A stretch of 62,824 nucleotides of DNA, filler included, from Platydemus manokwari (lineage: Eukaryota): assembly GCA_037951405.1 (NCBI GenBank). It is 5 parts of 5 records of this genome, joined end to end, with 100 filler letters (N's around TTAATTAATTAA, not from the genome) between each part and the next. Parts side by side here need not be neighbours in the genome. Positions count along the whole stretch, not along the records: positions 1 to 22,730 come from JBBMOY011189210.1; positions 22,831 to 32,427 come from JBBMOY011227765.1; 3 more parts are not named here. One strand, 5' to 3'. Under the pieces are notes generated by a model. It ran no database searches and was not told where the DNA came from. It saw only the letters and a list, made by a program, of their open reading frames with translations. Made by a program: the position numbers and the translations under genes. Of this stretch, positions 13,717-26,131 are shown one piece after another; position 1 is the stretch's first letter, and every line of letters starts with the position of its first letter.

Positions 13717-16700
13717 TCAAAAACTTGACAATGGAGTTTTGTATTGAAATGGATCTGTTAGGAAGAGTCGTTCACTGTCACTTTTATAAATCGGGTGAGT
13801 ACGATAGTGTTGAATCAAGGTCTCCACGTTGCTGAAAACTTTTTGACCGATGTGATACTCGTTATTTTGTAAATGGACCTTGAAGTTACGGCATTTCGTA
13901 CCGGCATGCATTGTTATTGTTAAATCACCAGGCTAAAAACAAATATGGATATGAAATCAATACAATTTTGAACACATGTACAACAAAATAAAAACTTAAA
14001 CAAATTACTGCCAATAGGCAAATCATTAAAAATAGCAGGGATATTTTGATTTTTCTGTTATTTTAGCACATGGTTTTTCAGTGTGTTTAATGTTGCTTGT
14101 GATAGAACTATGCTTTGTATTATAATAGAATAATGGATTTCTATTTGCGGAAATTGATTGAGTTTGCTTACATAAAATCGATAAAATCTCTCTCACGAAA
14201 ATCATCTTGAATTATAAAGATTAATTAAGGAGATATATATTGTTGTTGCTGTTGTTATTCCAATATGTTGTTTCATTAAAAATAATAATAAATAATCCGT
14301 TGACAATGTAGAATTATTTTTCAAAGAAAAACTCAATCCCATATAAATGCTAATGATTTACGAAAGGAAATTAAGGAATTTCTGAAAATACTGTTGAATA
14401 AGGACAAAGAATTAAAATATATAAGCGAATCGAATTAAAATTTCATACAAAAGTATTGTGTTTAAATAAAAAACAAAAAAAATAAAAAAACTGAAAATTT
14501 AATCGAAAAGAAAAAAAATTAGAATTAATAATTTTAAATATCAAATATTAAATTTGAGATTATTCTAATTAATTATCCCATGCCTAGAATTCCAAAAAAT
14601 CTTATTATCATGGATCAAAAGATATATCTTCACATTGAAAAAGTGTTTTATAAATTTTTAGTCGAACTAACCTATTGACTTCTCGTAAAAATTGGTTCTG
14701 ACCTCTTAATAATATTTTAAAGCCTAATTCAATCAATATATTCATAACTATAATTATTGATATCATTTGAATCATCTTCTTTCCCAAACTCCGCGACCTC
14801 ACAATGCAATGGTTAACAACATTTCTAAAACTCCGTGCTCTATAAAAGAAATATTAAACAACCAAATCCATTTCAAAGACAAACAACCGAGAAGAGAACA
14901 CACAAAACCATCAATTACTTGTTTATGAAGCACTACACTTCAATAATATTCTGAACATAAATATGGTGGTATTTTTTTTTACTTATTATGCTTAATAAAC
15001 AGAACGTGACCTTAATAAACCAAAAGTACAGTAATTAATATTTTACTACTGCTTTTCTCATGTTCAAAGCTAAATGAATACGAAATATCTTTAATGAATA
15101 ACTCAAATGAAAATTCTAAATCTTTTTAATGATAAAGTAATTGGTTGGTAGGAAATTCTCATTATGAAACGCTATAAAATATAATTGGAAGTATAATTAG
15201 AAAAACTACCCACATCGATTCATAAAACGCCACCAAACCTTAAAAATCAGTAAAAAAAATAAATAAAAATCAATAAATATAAATTTCAGCGAAAGATTAT
15301 ATTATATCTGATTATACTCGTTTGATAAATTATGATATACAATCGCACTGAACCTACCTGGTCTTGTTTTAATAAACAGAAATTTTTTGAGTTAAAAACG
15401 GCAAATTTTAATTTTTAAAAAATTTTTAGAAGATAAATAGAGGAATCGAATTTTATGTTTCAATTACTGTCGAAGATCGAATGTTCTCATTTTGGTTCGA
15501 AGAGATTGTTTTACGGACATATACAATTGAAAATGTTAGTAAATAAACTAAATTACACATTATAATAGAAAGAAATGTTTAACCACTTAATGCGAGGGTT
15601 TCTCTGTGAAATGAAAATTCGAACTGTGAAACTAAATTCGAACGAGCACACAATAAATATACACTAAGCTCTATGAAATACAAACGAGCGAGAAGGTATC
15701 GCTCCAGATAAAAATATAAACATAATATTTATAAGTGATGATAGGTACTCGGGATAGCGCAAATCGGAACACATTTGATGCGCTAGAGGGTCTCGTTCGA
15801 GTTGCTTAAGTGGCTAAATAAACTGAAATCATGTAATAATTAAAACTACTTTCTAAATATTGCTTAGGTAAAGGATCTAAATGGATAAAGTATTTCGAAA
15901 TGAAACAATTAAAAAGAAATATCAAGAAGGAAAATAGCCATCAGCAACAGATTCTTAGAATGATTTTTAGATCGACATAATACATAACTTATAAATAGAA
16001 AATCTTATACTGGAACATTGAGACAAAACCAAATATTATTAAAAGAAGAATCGCGAACTTCATGAGACAGAACGGACAATTAAATATATAAATGTGTGAT
16101 CAACAGCAATGAATTTATCGAGCAAAAAGATCAAAATCACATAACATCGTTTTAATTTCAATCAATCATTTGATACCCGACGCGCAAATCTATATAATAT
16201 CAGGAAATGATGATTTTTATAATTCAATCTGAATTGATCACGGAATTTCATTTGATGCTGATAAGTAATTGCTGACAAATATATTATTTATTGAAATATA
16301 ACAACAATTAATAACGATAAGTTATTCCGGACCGGGTGGTCTATAATTTATTCGAATCTTAATATCATTGAATAATTTGTGAATAAAACCTGGATTGGTT
16401 TCAAGAACCCAAATATATAATCGAATGAGTACATTATTAACAAATTTTAATGATCATTAAAACAAAAATTTAAATGAACTAACATGAGATTCACTATCTC
16501 TGACAACAAATTGTCCCAGATACCCGCTTGTCATAAGCAGAGATTCACATTTGATTCGTGATATTGCACCCCAATACCAAATACGGTCTTTAAATCGTCC
16601 AGTTCTGTTGTAACTCAACCTGATATTTTCACACGGATCATTATTAACTGCAGTACATTGTTTTTGATCAATCACTGGATTATGTTGTTGTTTGTTCATC

Positions 16701-19700
16701 AACGCTCCAGTTGACGTAAGCTGCTTAACATAATTTCTCGGCACCAATCCGACCTCACCATTGACATTTCTACAACGCCACCAGTCAGGATCATCGATTG
16801 GCCTGTCTAACACTTCCAAAATCTAAAATTTTCAAAACAAAACCATGAATAAATTCTCATCAATCTATCATAAAATTTGTGATCAATTGAAATAAATGGC
16901 TTACAGAAAATTGATCGCGATAAAAATAAAATTTTATATTCCAATCAATTCATACAAACCTCCGGTTTAAAATTCACGATCAACAAATTCTTGTTTGAAT
17001 TAATATTTCTTATCAATTGATATCTCTCTTTACCAATGTTTTATCACAAATTTTGATTATAAAAATTCTTTTTTAATAATAATTTTAAAAAAATCAATTA
17101 AGTACTTCTGACTTTCAAGAGTTGAAATCATTAAAGAATTATTTTCCATGAAAAACCAAGAAATATGACATACAATAAATCATTTTATGATATTCAAGTA
17201 ATATCATGTGAAAATGAATTTAATTAGAAATTCAGGACATTATTAGATTAAAAAAATTAATCAGAAATATATTCAAATTAAAAAGTCAATATAAATATTT
17301 AATTTCTAACATACACACAAAAATCAATAATATTTAGGATATTATATTGAATATATAGAATTATGAGCAATATGATATTCAAAATAATTGCAAGGAAAAT
17401 CTAATTAATCGAGAAATTATTTATTTTACCAAGTCATTAAAAAGCCCTTTAAATAATTTAAATTGTTTATATTAAACACCCATACACAAAGACAATCGAT
17501 AAAAATAGTTATGTTATGAATTTAAAAACCAGTATAATGAATAATAATTAAAATAATTGGATCGCAATAAGTTAGAAATTGAACTAGAACCGTAAAGCAA
17601 TCTTTAAATTTTTATATATTACAAAGAGAATTTTACATGATTGCATCATCTAAATTTAACCACATTTGACATGTAGGCTAAATTTAAGAAAAAGGGGTCT
17701 TAAAATAAAATTTGTTGAGTGTATTGCAAAAATCTATATAGTTTATTTAATTATATTCTTTAAAAATATTTTACATTTTTTATTTAAGTACCTTAGAAGA
17801 AATTTAATTGTTTGGAATGAAATATTAAATACACTAGAGCTTCAAATTCTCCTAAAACTTGATTATTTGAAAAACGGATCGAATTTCAATTTATTGAAAA
17901 TTAAGTCGAATCCCTTTTTTAATATTAGAAGCAAATTGAAAGATATTCTCAATTTTTAAAATTATTTTACAAAAATATGCAATGATATTATTAAACATAT
18001 CTGTAATTAACTAACTTGATTTATAATTATAAAAATTTAAATTTAAGAAAACTCAAATAATCATACACAAGTGTTGTGATTAAAATAGGAACTTGGATTA
18101 TAAACTGTTTTGTCCTTATTAGACATCCGAAAAAGTGATACATAAACTGAATTACACGAATAAATCATACATCACGATTATACATAAAATCAAATTATAA
18201 AATAATCTCATGTGCGAAAATTCATTTTTACGAAAGTTGGTCAAAGGACCCCTTTTCTTAAATTAGGCCGACATATATATTGATATTTATTAAAAATTTC
18301 AAAAAACTAAATTTTACAAGGTTAAGCGAAACAAATTACTGATCATTTATCGTATATGACAAATGGTTCGTCGATAATTTAAAGATTATTATTATTTTTT
18401 TATTATTATTATTTTATTCATTATACAATATTGACATTTTGGAGTTATGTTTGTCAATTCAATATTTACAATTACCAAAGAAATTTCACTTTAATTATAA
18501 AATAACGAGCGATTAACACACTCAGTGCTTATATAACCTTCAATCAAAACATGTTACAACTTTGATTTATAATTTTAATAAACATTAATTATCAATTCTC
18601 GATTAAACATCATCAACTTGAGTGTTAAATAAAACACTGCATAATTCATGAAACAATCAAAATAATGCAATGTCTGGTCTAGAAATGTTTACCTTAGAAG
18701 ATTAAAATAAGATTTACTAGTAATATACATTTTTGCTAGGCACCTTTAATGACACACACGCACGCACACACACACCATTTACATTATCTTGAATGCTGTC
18801 ATTATGGATAAAGTTTTAAAAATTATAATTAATAATTCTTTTTACAAATTAAATCAAATATAAATGACGTTTTCAAGCTGATTGTTTCGTTTGTGAGATA
18901 TTTTATTCTATACGAAATCTATTTTTGTTCAAAGAATTATATTGTCGGGAAAATCCAATTAGAATAAATGGAATCAATAAAATGAGTAAAATATACAACC
19001 AATATTTGTCCAAACAGAAAAGCCATAGTGTCATCCAATTGGTGAATTCTATCTCATATACATTCCAAAAGAAAGAGGCCGTTATTAATAGATTTAAATC
19101 AAATAATATCCAATCTCAACTCACACAATAAAAATACGATATCCTAACAATTATTAATACATAGAATAACTAAGGTGTAACAAATTTATAAATGAGTTTA
19201 TATATTAAATATCTTTGAATAAAATTGGAATTTAAAATTAATTAGTTTATTCCAAAGTATTTATTGTTCTACTTTTCAAAATTGATTACTGTGTGTTGTA
19301 TTTGCCGTTATTACTTTATAAAGCCAATTTAAGTTGAGCCATATTTTTTAATGAAATAAAATTTCAATTTTGCTCACAGCTGGACATCATAAAATTGTGT
19401 CCAGCATATTTCAACGCCACACATTGTTGCCGAGGAAGAACAGAAATGTATCAGTAATGAATGTATGGATATGCATGTGGTGGTGGTGATTCATTCCATA
19501 ATTACGAACGAACAACTGGAATGAGATCAATGCAAAGTGCACAGCAATGCCATAAATAGTAACAATCAATATTGAGAAATTCGAATATTTTATTTATGGT
19601 TATAGAATAAATTAATTTATTCAATTAATTGGATCCACAAAAAGTCAATAAATGTACATTAGATTATTATGGTTTTATTATTTTTTAATGTAAAAAAATT

Positions 19701-20034
19701 AATAACGTGCCATTATCTAATTATATATAAATTAATTTAAATATAAAATAAAATTTAAATAGATTTCACTAGAAAAATATAGCTTATAATTATGGATTAT
19801 CAAACCTCATTTGCTTCGAAAGACATTTCTTCTGGTTGATTTTTTAGGAAAGGATATAGAGTGAGCACAGTTGAATATCGTTGCAAGCCATGCAACTTAC
19901 TGGGTCCAGACCACTTATCAGCTCCGTCACCGTGATGATTATTCATTATACAGGTGGATTCGATCCCAGAGGTTACTGATGGCATTGAGGAATGAAGCTG
20001 GCTGCTGACTGGCATTCCTGGACCTTGCAGCTGC
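13717..20034 (-). CDS. NCK: Nck/Dock-family adaptor, 3' part (third SH3 + SH2); exons 20034-19806, 16822-16484, 13932-13717
   Basis: Spliced translation gives VLTLYPFLKNQPEEMSFEANE|ILEVLDRPIDDPDWWRCRNVNGEVGLVPRNYV (Nck SH3-3) and WYWG...FVVRDSESH|PGDLTITM...FKV...IGQKVF...HYRTHPIY (Nck-type SH2). GT-AG boundaries are phase-compatible. 5' exons were not found before the contig end at 22730. Confidence 0.9.
15583..15813. mobile_element. piggyBac-like MITE (copy 2), in Nck intron
   Basis: TTAA 15579-15582 and CTAA 15814-15817. Same TIRs and conserved internal blocks as 8344-8589. Confidence 0.75.
17676..18269. mobile_element. Non-autonomous TIR DNA element, Merlin-like (copy B), in Nck intron
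   Basis: TIRs GGCTAAATTTAAGAAAAAGGGGTC / GACCCCTTTTCTTAAATTAGGCC. 8-bp TSD gacatgta (17668-17675) / gacatata (18270-18277). Confidence 0.7.
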
Positions 20035-21022
20035 CTGAATGAAGAAAAAATTATTTTAAAAATAAATTAAAAATGAAAATATATCCGAATTACACACAAA
20101 CATATTTTCCTACTTTGTTAGACATGTCAAGTTGTATTGTTCCTTTCAACAAAGGGATATTTAAAGCAAACAATAGCCACAATGTCATTAAAGATTAATA
20201 CCATTACAAATATTCTCCTTATACTTTAACACAAGTTCGAAAACTATTTTCACGAAAGTTACAATACAAACGAAACGCTAATTTACCGAGAGATAAATAC
20301 TGATATATTTTTATTTTAAATAAAACAACGATTACAAAACTAGACCATTTTATGTCATAAAAACGAACTGTGACATTGAAAACCATCGATTTTAGACAAT
20401 TTGTAAACAGTTTTCAAAACATTGTTTAATTCACGAAATACATCAGGGACAGCTATAATTAAAAATGAAAATCTGAAGGCAACGTTAAGTTCAAAAATCT
20501 CATTAAATGCCCCAATCAAATCTATTGCACAAAACCTGTTTTATAAATGAATAATAAAATATATTTTCATATTTTCTTTACGAACAAAAATCCAAAAATA
20601 ATATCTTTGGAAAATACGATAGGTTTTATTATAATCTCAAATCGATAATCGTCCAATAGATGATATACACCCAATAGAATTGTGATAAAACTAAATAATA
20701 TTAAAATTATAACTATAAACGACAAATATGTCTGGAATATTGACATTATAAATAATATCAGTATCATCAAATTATAAAACCAATATCCAGACTAAATTAT
20801 TACATTATAAATATAGAATCGTTCAATAAATCTACCAAATTATTATCTGATTCGGATTGAAAATTTAATAGAAATTTTTCCAAAAAATTAATTAAGCATT
20901 TCTCCAATCAAAATATATTAAAATTCAAACAAAGCGCAGATCTGATAAATAAAATAAAAATTGAGACAAATTTAATGATTATTTCCATTGGAGCTTGAAT
21001 CTTTTTTTAAATTTGAATAATA

Positions 21023-21239
21023 TCGAATTTTCCGGACTATAAGGTGCACCTTAAAACATATTTTTAGGATTCATTAAGGCTGGAATATTTAAAATAAGAT
21101 GATAATGATGTTAATATAAGCGAATATGACATTTTAGATGACGAAGAGCATTATTTCTTGCTATACATTTTTAATTTAATTTAATGTATTAATCAGTCAA
21201 CTCATAGTTAGGGTGTGCCTTATAGTCCAGAAAATACCG
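21023..21239. mobile_element. Tc1/mariner superfamily (Tc2/pogo-like) MITE
   Basis: TA flanks at 21021-22 and 21240-41. ~28-bp imperfect TIRs TCGAATTTTCCGGACTATAAGGTGCACC / GGTGTGCCTTATAGTCCAGAAAATACCG. Confidence 0.7.
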
Positions 21240-22730
21240 TAAGTAGAAAATCGTATTAACACAAAAGCATATTGGAAAAGTTTTACCACTAAATACAATC
21301 ATTGGATTAGATATCATCCAGGTGGTAAAATTACTAAATTTTATTGCTACTAACAACATATAATGAAAATTTCATTCATAGAAAAATATTTATTTCAATA
21401 TATGGATTTATTAGAAAGTTTGATAGGAGACAAAAGTTTCCAATGTCTCAGGAAATAAAATATTACAAAACCTTTTCAGGTATTATTAAGTAAAATATCT
21501 GATAAAATATGGGAAAATTTTATGGAAGTCAAATTTAATCCATGAGAATCGCTTTGAAATTCAATATTACGAATTTGATTACCGATATTTCTGATAAAAC
21601 TACGACAAAGAACGGGGAATACAATTTTTATAATAAAATACTGCATTTTTTCTGGCATATAACTGATAAGTTAAAAATTTATTTCTTCACAAAGTCATAT
21701 TCAGATTATATATGTGGATCAAAGATATATAAATTTGATGTGGTTGAGTTAAACATTGCAGGGAATCGAGTAAAGAGGCCTTTATAGTTAATTATTAATA
21801 ATCATATTTCAACTGATGACCTTTATTAAGTTCTTATCTTCTACAATTTATATTATTCTATTTACACCATTTTTAGATTCGAATAATATAATAAAAGCGG
21901 GTTACAGAAACAAAATCAACAAAAAATCAATTTCATGTGAAAAAAATTAATTAGTTTTATAATTATTTCGAGTCAGAGCATAGAAAAAAGTTTTCCTTTC
22001 TCATTTCCCATTGGATGATAATATCATTTGAAAAAAATCATTCAAAACTAGTTCTAATAAGATTTATAACATGAAGAGTGATGAAATTATATGTGGGCAA
22101 GTATTTGGAATGATAAAAAAATCCCAGAATATGTTTGTGCGAATTCTAAATATTAAAATGTTCCATTTATAAAATAACTGAGCACTATCAACTATGTAAT
22201 ATTGCGATTCAGTATGGATTGTTATAAAGAATTAATAACTATCGCATGTTATTAATATCCCATTTTCTATTTCAACAACTAACGAAATCAGTGGAAATTG
22301 CCCTATCAATTAATTCTTGTCTGATATGGAAACACATATACATAGATATGATATGAAATAACTGACCTACAAATATCAATTAACAAATATTATTATTAAT
22401 TCCAAATAGACAGTAGACCAATAAATTATACTGGTGGATATATAAATAAACTGAATTCAATAATATAATTCATTGGGGTTTTTTAAATTGATTATGAAAT
22501 TTGAAGGATAAAATAACCATAAAAATGATAATAAATTTTAAATGACAGTATTAATCTGAAATTAAATTTTTTGACTTTTCAATAATATAAAATAATAATA
22601 ATAATACTGACATGGATTGACTGATATCTTATAAACATAGGCTATTATATAGAAACCATACAAATATTATTATATCAAGTTACATAAATAGGAATCACTT
22701 TTCAATGGCTTTCACTGACATCATGATTTC

Positions 22731-22830
22731 NNNNNNNNNNNNNNNNNNNNNNNNNNNNNNNNNNNNNNNNNNNNTTAATTAATTAANNNNNNNNNNNNNN
22801 NNNNNNNNNNNNNNNNNNNNNNNNNNNNNN
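22731..22830. other. Artificial contig linker
   Basis: N44-TTAATTAATTAA-N44 (stops in all six frames). Confidence 0.97.
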
Positions 22831-25782
22831 ATGATTTTAGTTAAATATTAACAGTTTAAATATGCAATGCAAAAACGGCCATTATTTTCCCAACAACCTA
22901 ATATTACTTTCGCACAAACACATATTTTGAAATTATCAATTTTCAGAAATTATCAAAACAAAATCAAGTAGTCTAGATGATATTTATTTGAAATACTTTT
23001 TAATGTATTTTATTAAGCCTTGTGATCACACGCTGGTGTTGGATCAGATTAATTATTCAGTCAACACACAAAAATTATCTGCGCATAATTTATCCCGCTC
23101 CATAATTCTGGTTTTCAGCCGAAAGACTCAAAATTTAAGAATCAATTTTAGAACAACCAATATTTACTTGGCGCGGCATATGTTTATTTATTTTTCTTTG
23201 AACAAACAAATATCATTTGATTTGTAAATAATTAGCAAAACATTTTTAATCGATTATAAAAAACAATTTGATGTTAATCTATCAGTAGGCTTTTAATCAA
23301 ATAGTTTTCCATAAGAAAAGCTAACAATAACGCGATTGTAATAAAATTGAGCCAATTATAATTAATAAGTCAATTTTCGATTGGGATTGAGATATAATTT
23401 CAAATGTTTCCTTTGTGATTGTTTTTCTATTTTTGCAAACAATAAAATTACCTCCAATGAAAGGAAACAATTTTCATTAAAAAAAATTCCAAGTAACCAA
23501 ATATTTAGTCGTTATTTTTGTGAATGAATTTTATATAGTATTTTATTGGTTGACTAATTAAAAAGTGATGATTTTTTGAAGAATATATTTGATTTACAAA
23601 CCCATAAAACATGTTTCTTTATCTGATTTTCGTTGAATATCAAGTTAAATAAAATTTTGCTTATGTTTCTTGCTGTTTGTCATCATCATTTGTATTCAGC
23701 AATGTAAGGTATTATTTTTAGAATGCACGCATTGAAAACGAGCGGGAAAGTCACGACACCAAATTATATTTTTCAAATTTCAATTCATTATAAAACGTCA
23801 CATCCACCATTCATTAAAATGTTTGATTATTTATGAATACTTAATCATCTGTCTATCAAATCCACTTGATATTTATCTATATAAAAATTTCTATTTCTTC
23901 TCTACTTTATATCTATCTTCTTTATATTTTCACTTTTTCTTCTCTATATCTTCTATACAACTTCGATAAATATTCTTTACATGTTTTGCTACATCTTTCT
24001 CCTACTCTTCTATGCTTACATGCCATCATAAAGCATACATATGAAGTCACAACATCAAATTATATTTAATTATATTTATTAAAGCAAATTAATGTTTTAT
24101 AAAAATTTATTTTTAAAATCGTCACAAGTAAAACAATCAATATTTCAAGAATTTTGAAAACCGAATAGTTGTTAACGTGGGAAACATTATTGATCTATTT
24201 TGATCTAATTTCTTGTCAGTGTTGCGGAACTGAGTTATTGAAGAAATTATGATTTCAGCATCAAGAAATGTTCAAAATTTAAAATAATTAATATAAAAAA
24301 TAACAATAAATAGAATAAATATCCATAATTATTAGTTTATTTATTTTTCCTATGGTAGGCGATTATGTGAAAAATGAATCCGATAAAATATTCAATGACG
24401 ACATCACATTAAGAAATTATTTTTGCCATCTTTAATTAGGAGAAGCGTTGTCATTTAATTCTCATTGACCTCTCATGACAATTTTCATTGTAATTTCATA
24501 CACATACAAGTACATCACTGTCTAACTCAAATTAATCACATGCTGAACGTTTAAATATTCTTTGGGAAGTTGTTCTTTTCTGAAATTTCTTGCTTTTCTG
24601 ATATTTGAAAAATGAAGGAAATATTTTTATTAATTTGGCGATATCGATACAAATATTGATGTTTTTATCGATTAAATCTTATTAAATATTTCAAAACTCC
24701 AACAATATACAAATATATGGTATTTCAAACAGTCCCTTCTAGTTGTCAGTGGTATTTGATCGAGGGGAATGTCCTTAATTATTAGAAATATGAAAAACGC
24801 GCTACATTATTTCAGAGAAATCATCAAATATCTGTGAATTCAGTAGAAATTGTAATGCACTTGTAGCAATACGATCAAATTATTTCTGAAATAAATCAAT
24901 CTTTTGAAGAAATGGGAACAATTTGAGTTGACAACCTAATGATTATCACAAAAATCGCCATATAAAACTCGATCTGACGAATTATTAATTAAGGGATTCA
25001 TTTTGTCAAAAGCAATGATAACCTCTGGGAAAATATTAACTAAAAATAACCGTAGCTATGGTCAGGATATATTTATTCCTCAAAAATTATTTATTTAATT
25101 AATTTTAACTTTCCCCTCAACACGTAATACACGTTGTGATTTGTTTCTGTATATTTTGAATCAATTCCCTATCCTACTTTCTATCAATTAATCTTTCCAT
25201 ACAAACCCTTAGTGTTTCATAATCTGTATTTATGAAAATCACGACGGTTTCTATGTTATCAGTCTTGTTTGAAACATGTCTTACACATTCTCACAAGTAA
25301 ATACGTGTCTTGGTTTTTTATACAATCATTCGAGTTGCATATGTTATGTGCTGATAAATGATCCGAGTCTAGAACATAAAATTGATTTTATCAGTTATTT
25401 TGCTTCATATTGTTACCACTAAAATAATCTTGTAAAATATTTCAAAAATTCGTGAAATGTTGAATTTTTACATTGAGCCTTTTAAAAGTAAATTACCACG
25501 AATCTTTAAATGTCTCGAAATAGGAAAATTATTTTATCTGATTAGCGCGTATATTTCAAATTATTAACTTTTATTTAAGGATGGATTCTTCTATTACCAA
25601 CATAGTCCATGATATACGATATTCTAATTACGATACTTTAAATTACTAAAAATAGTATCAAGAAATCTGCCAAATCTATAATATATTTGAAGTTACTTTC
25701 CATGGAGAAATTTTCTGTCTAAATAATATTATTCTTTCTTGTAATTAAAATATTCCTCGTTTATAAGAGCTTTTTTAGTGAA

Positions 25783-25792
25783 NNNNNNNNNN
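25783..25792. other. Short scaffold gap (10 N)
   Basis: Flanked on both sides by AGTGAA, suggesting a small unresolved overlap. Confidence 0.85.
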
Positions 25793-26131
25793 AGTGAACT
25801 TCATAATTCATTGAATTCATAATTTCACAGGAGAAATACAGAATATATTGTTATAAATTAATGATATAAATTCACGAATAATTTTTGTTATCAAGTCGAT
25901 CTTCGATAAATCCCTACCAACTCATTATCGATATTGTAGATTTTTTCAATTTTACAACTTCCCGGACATTATTATCTTTCATTTTTGTATGAATTATTGA
26001 TTTCAAATTGATGGAGATCTGATTCAGATATTTTGTTTTTCAAATTATTCTTGAAATCTATTCCTTGTGATATTCAATATTGATAACCTCAAAATATTAA
26101 ACTGCTTTATGATTCGTGGCATTTATTTCAG

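Noticed and set aside
22775-22786. TTAATTAATTAA palindrome repeated four times
   Set aside because: Always centred in N runs of identical length: a synthetic linker.
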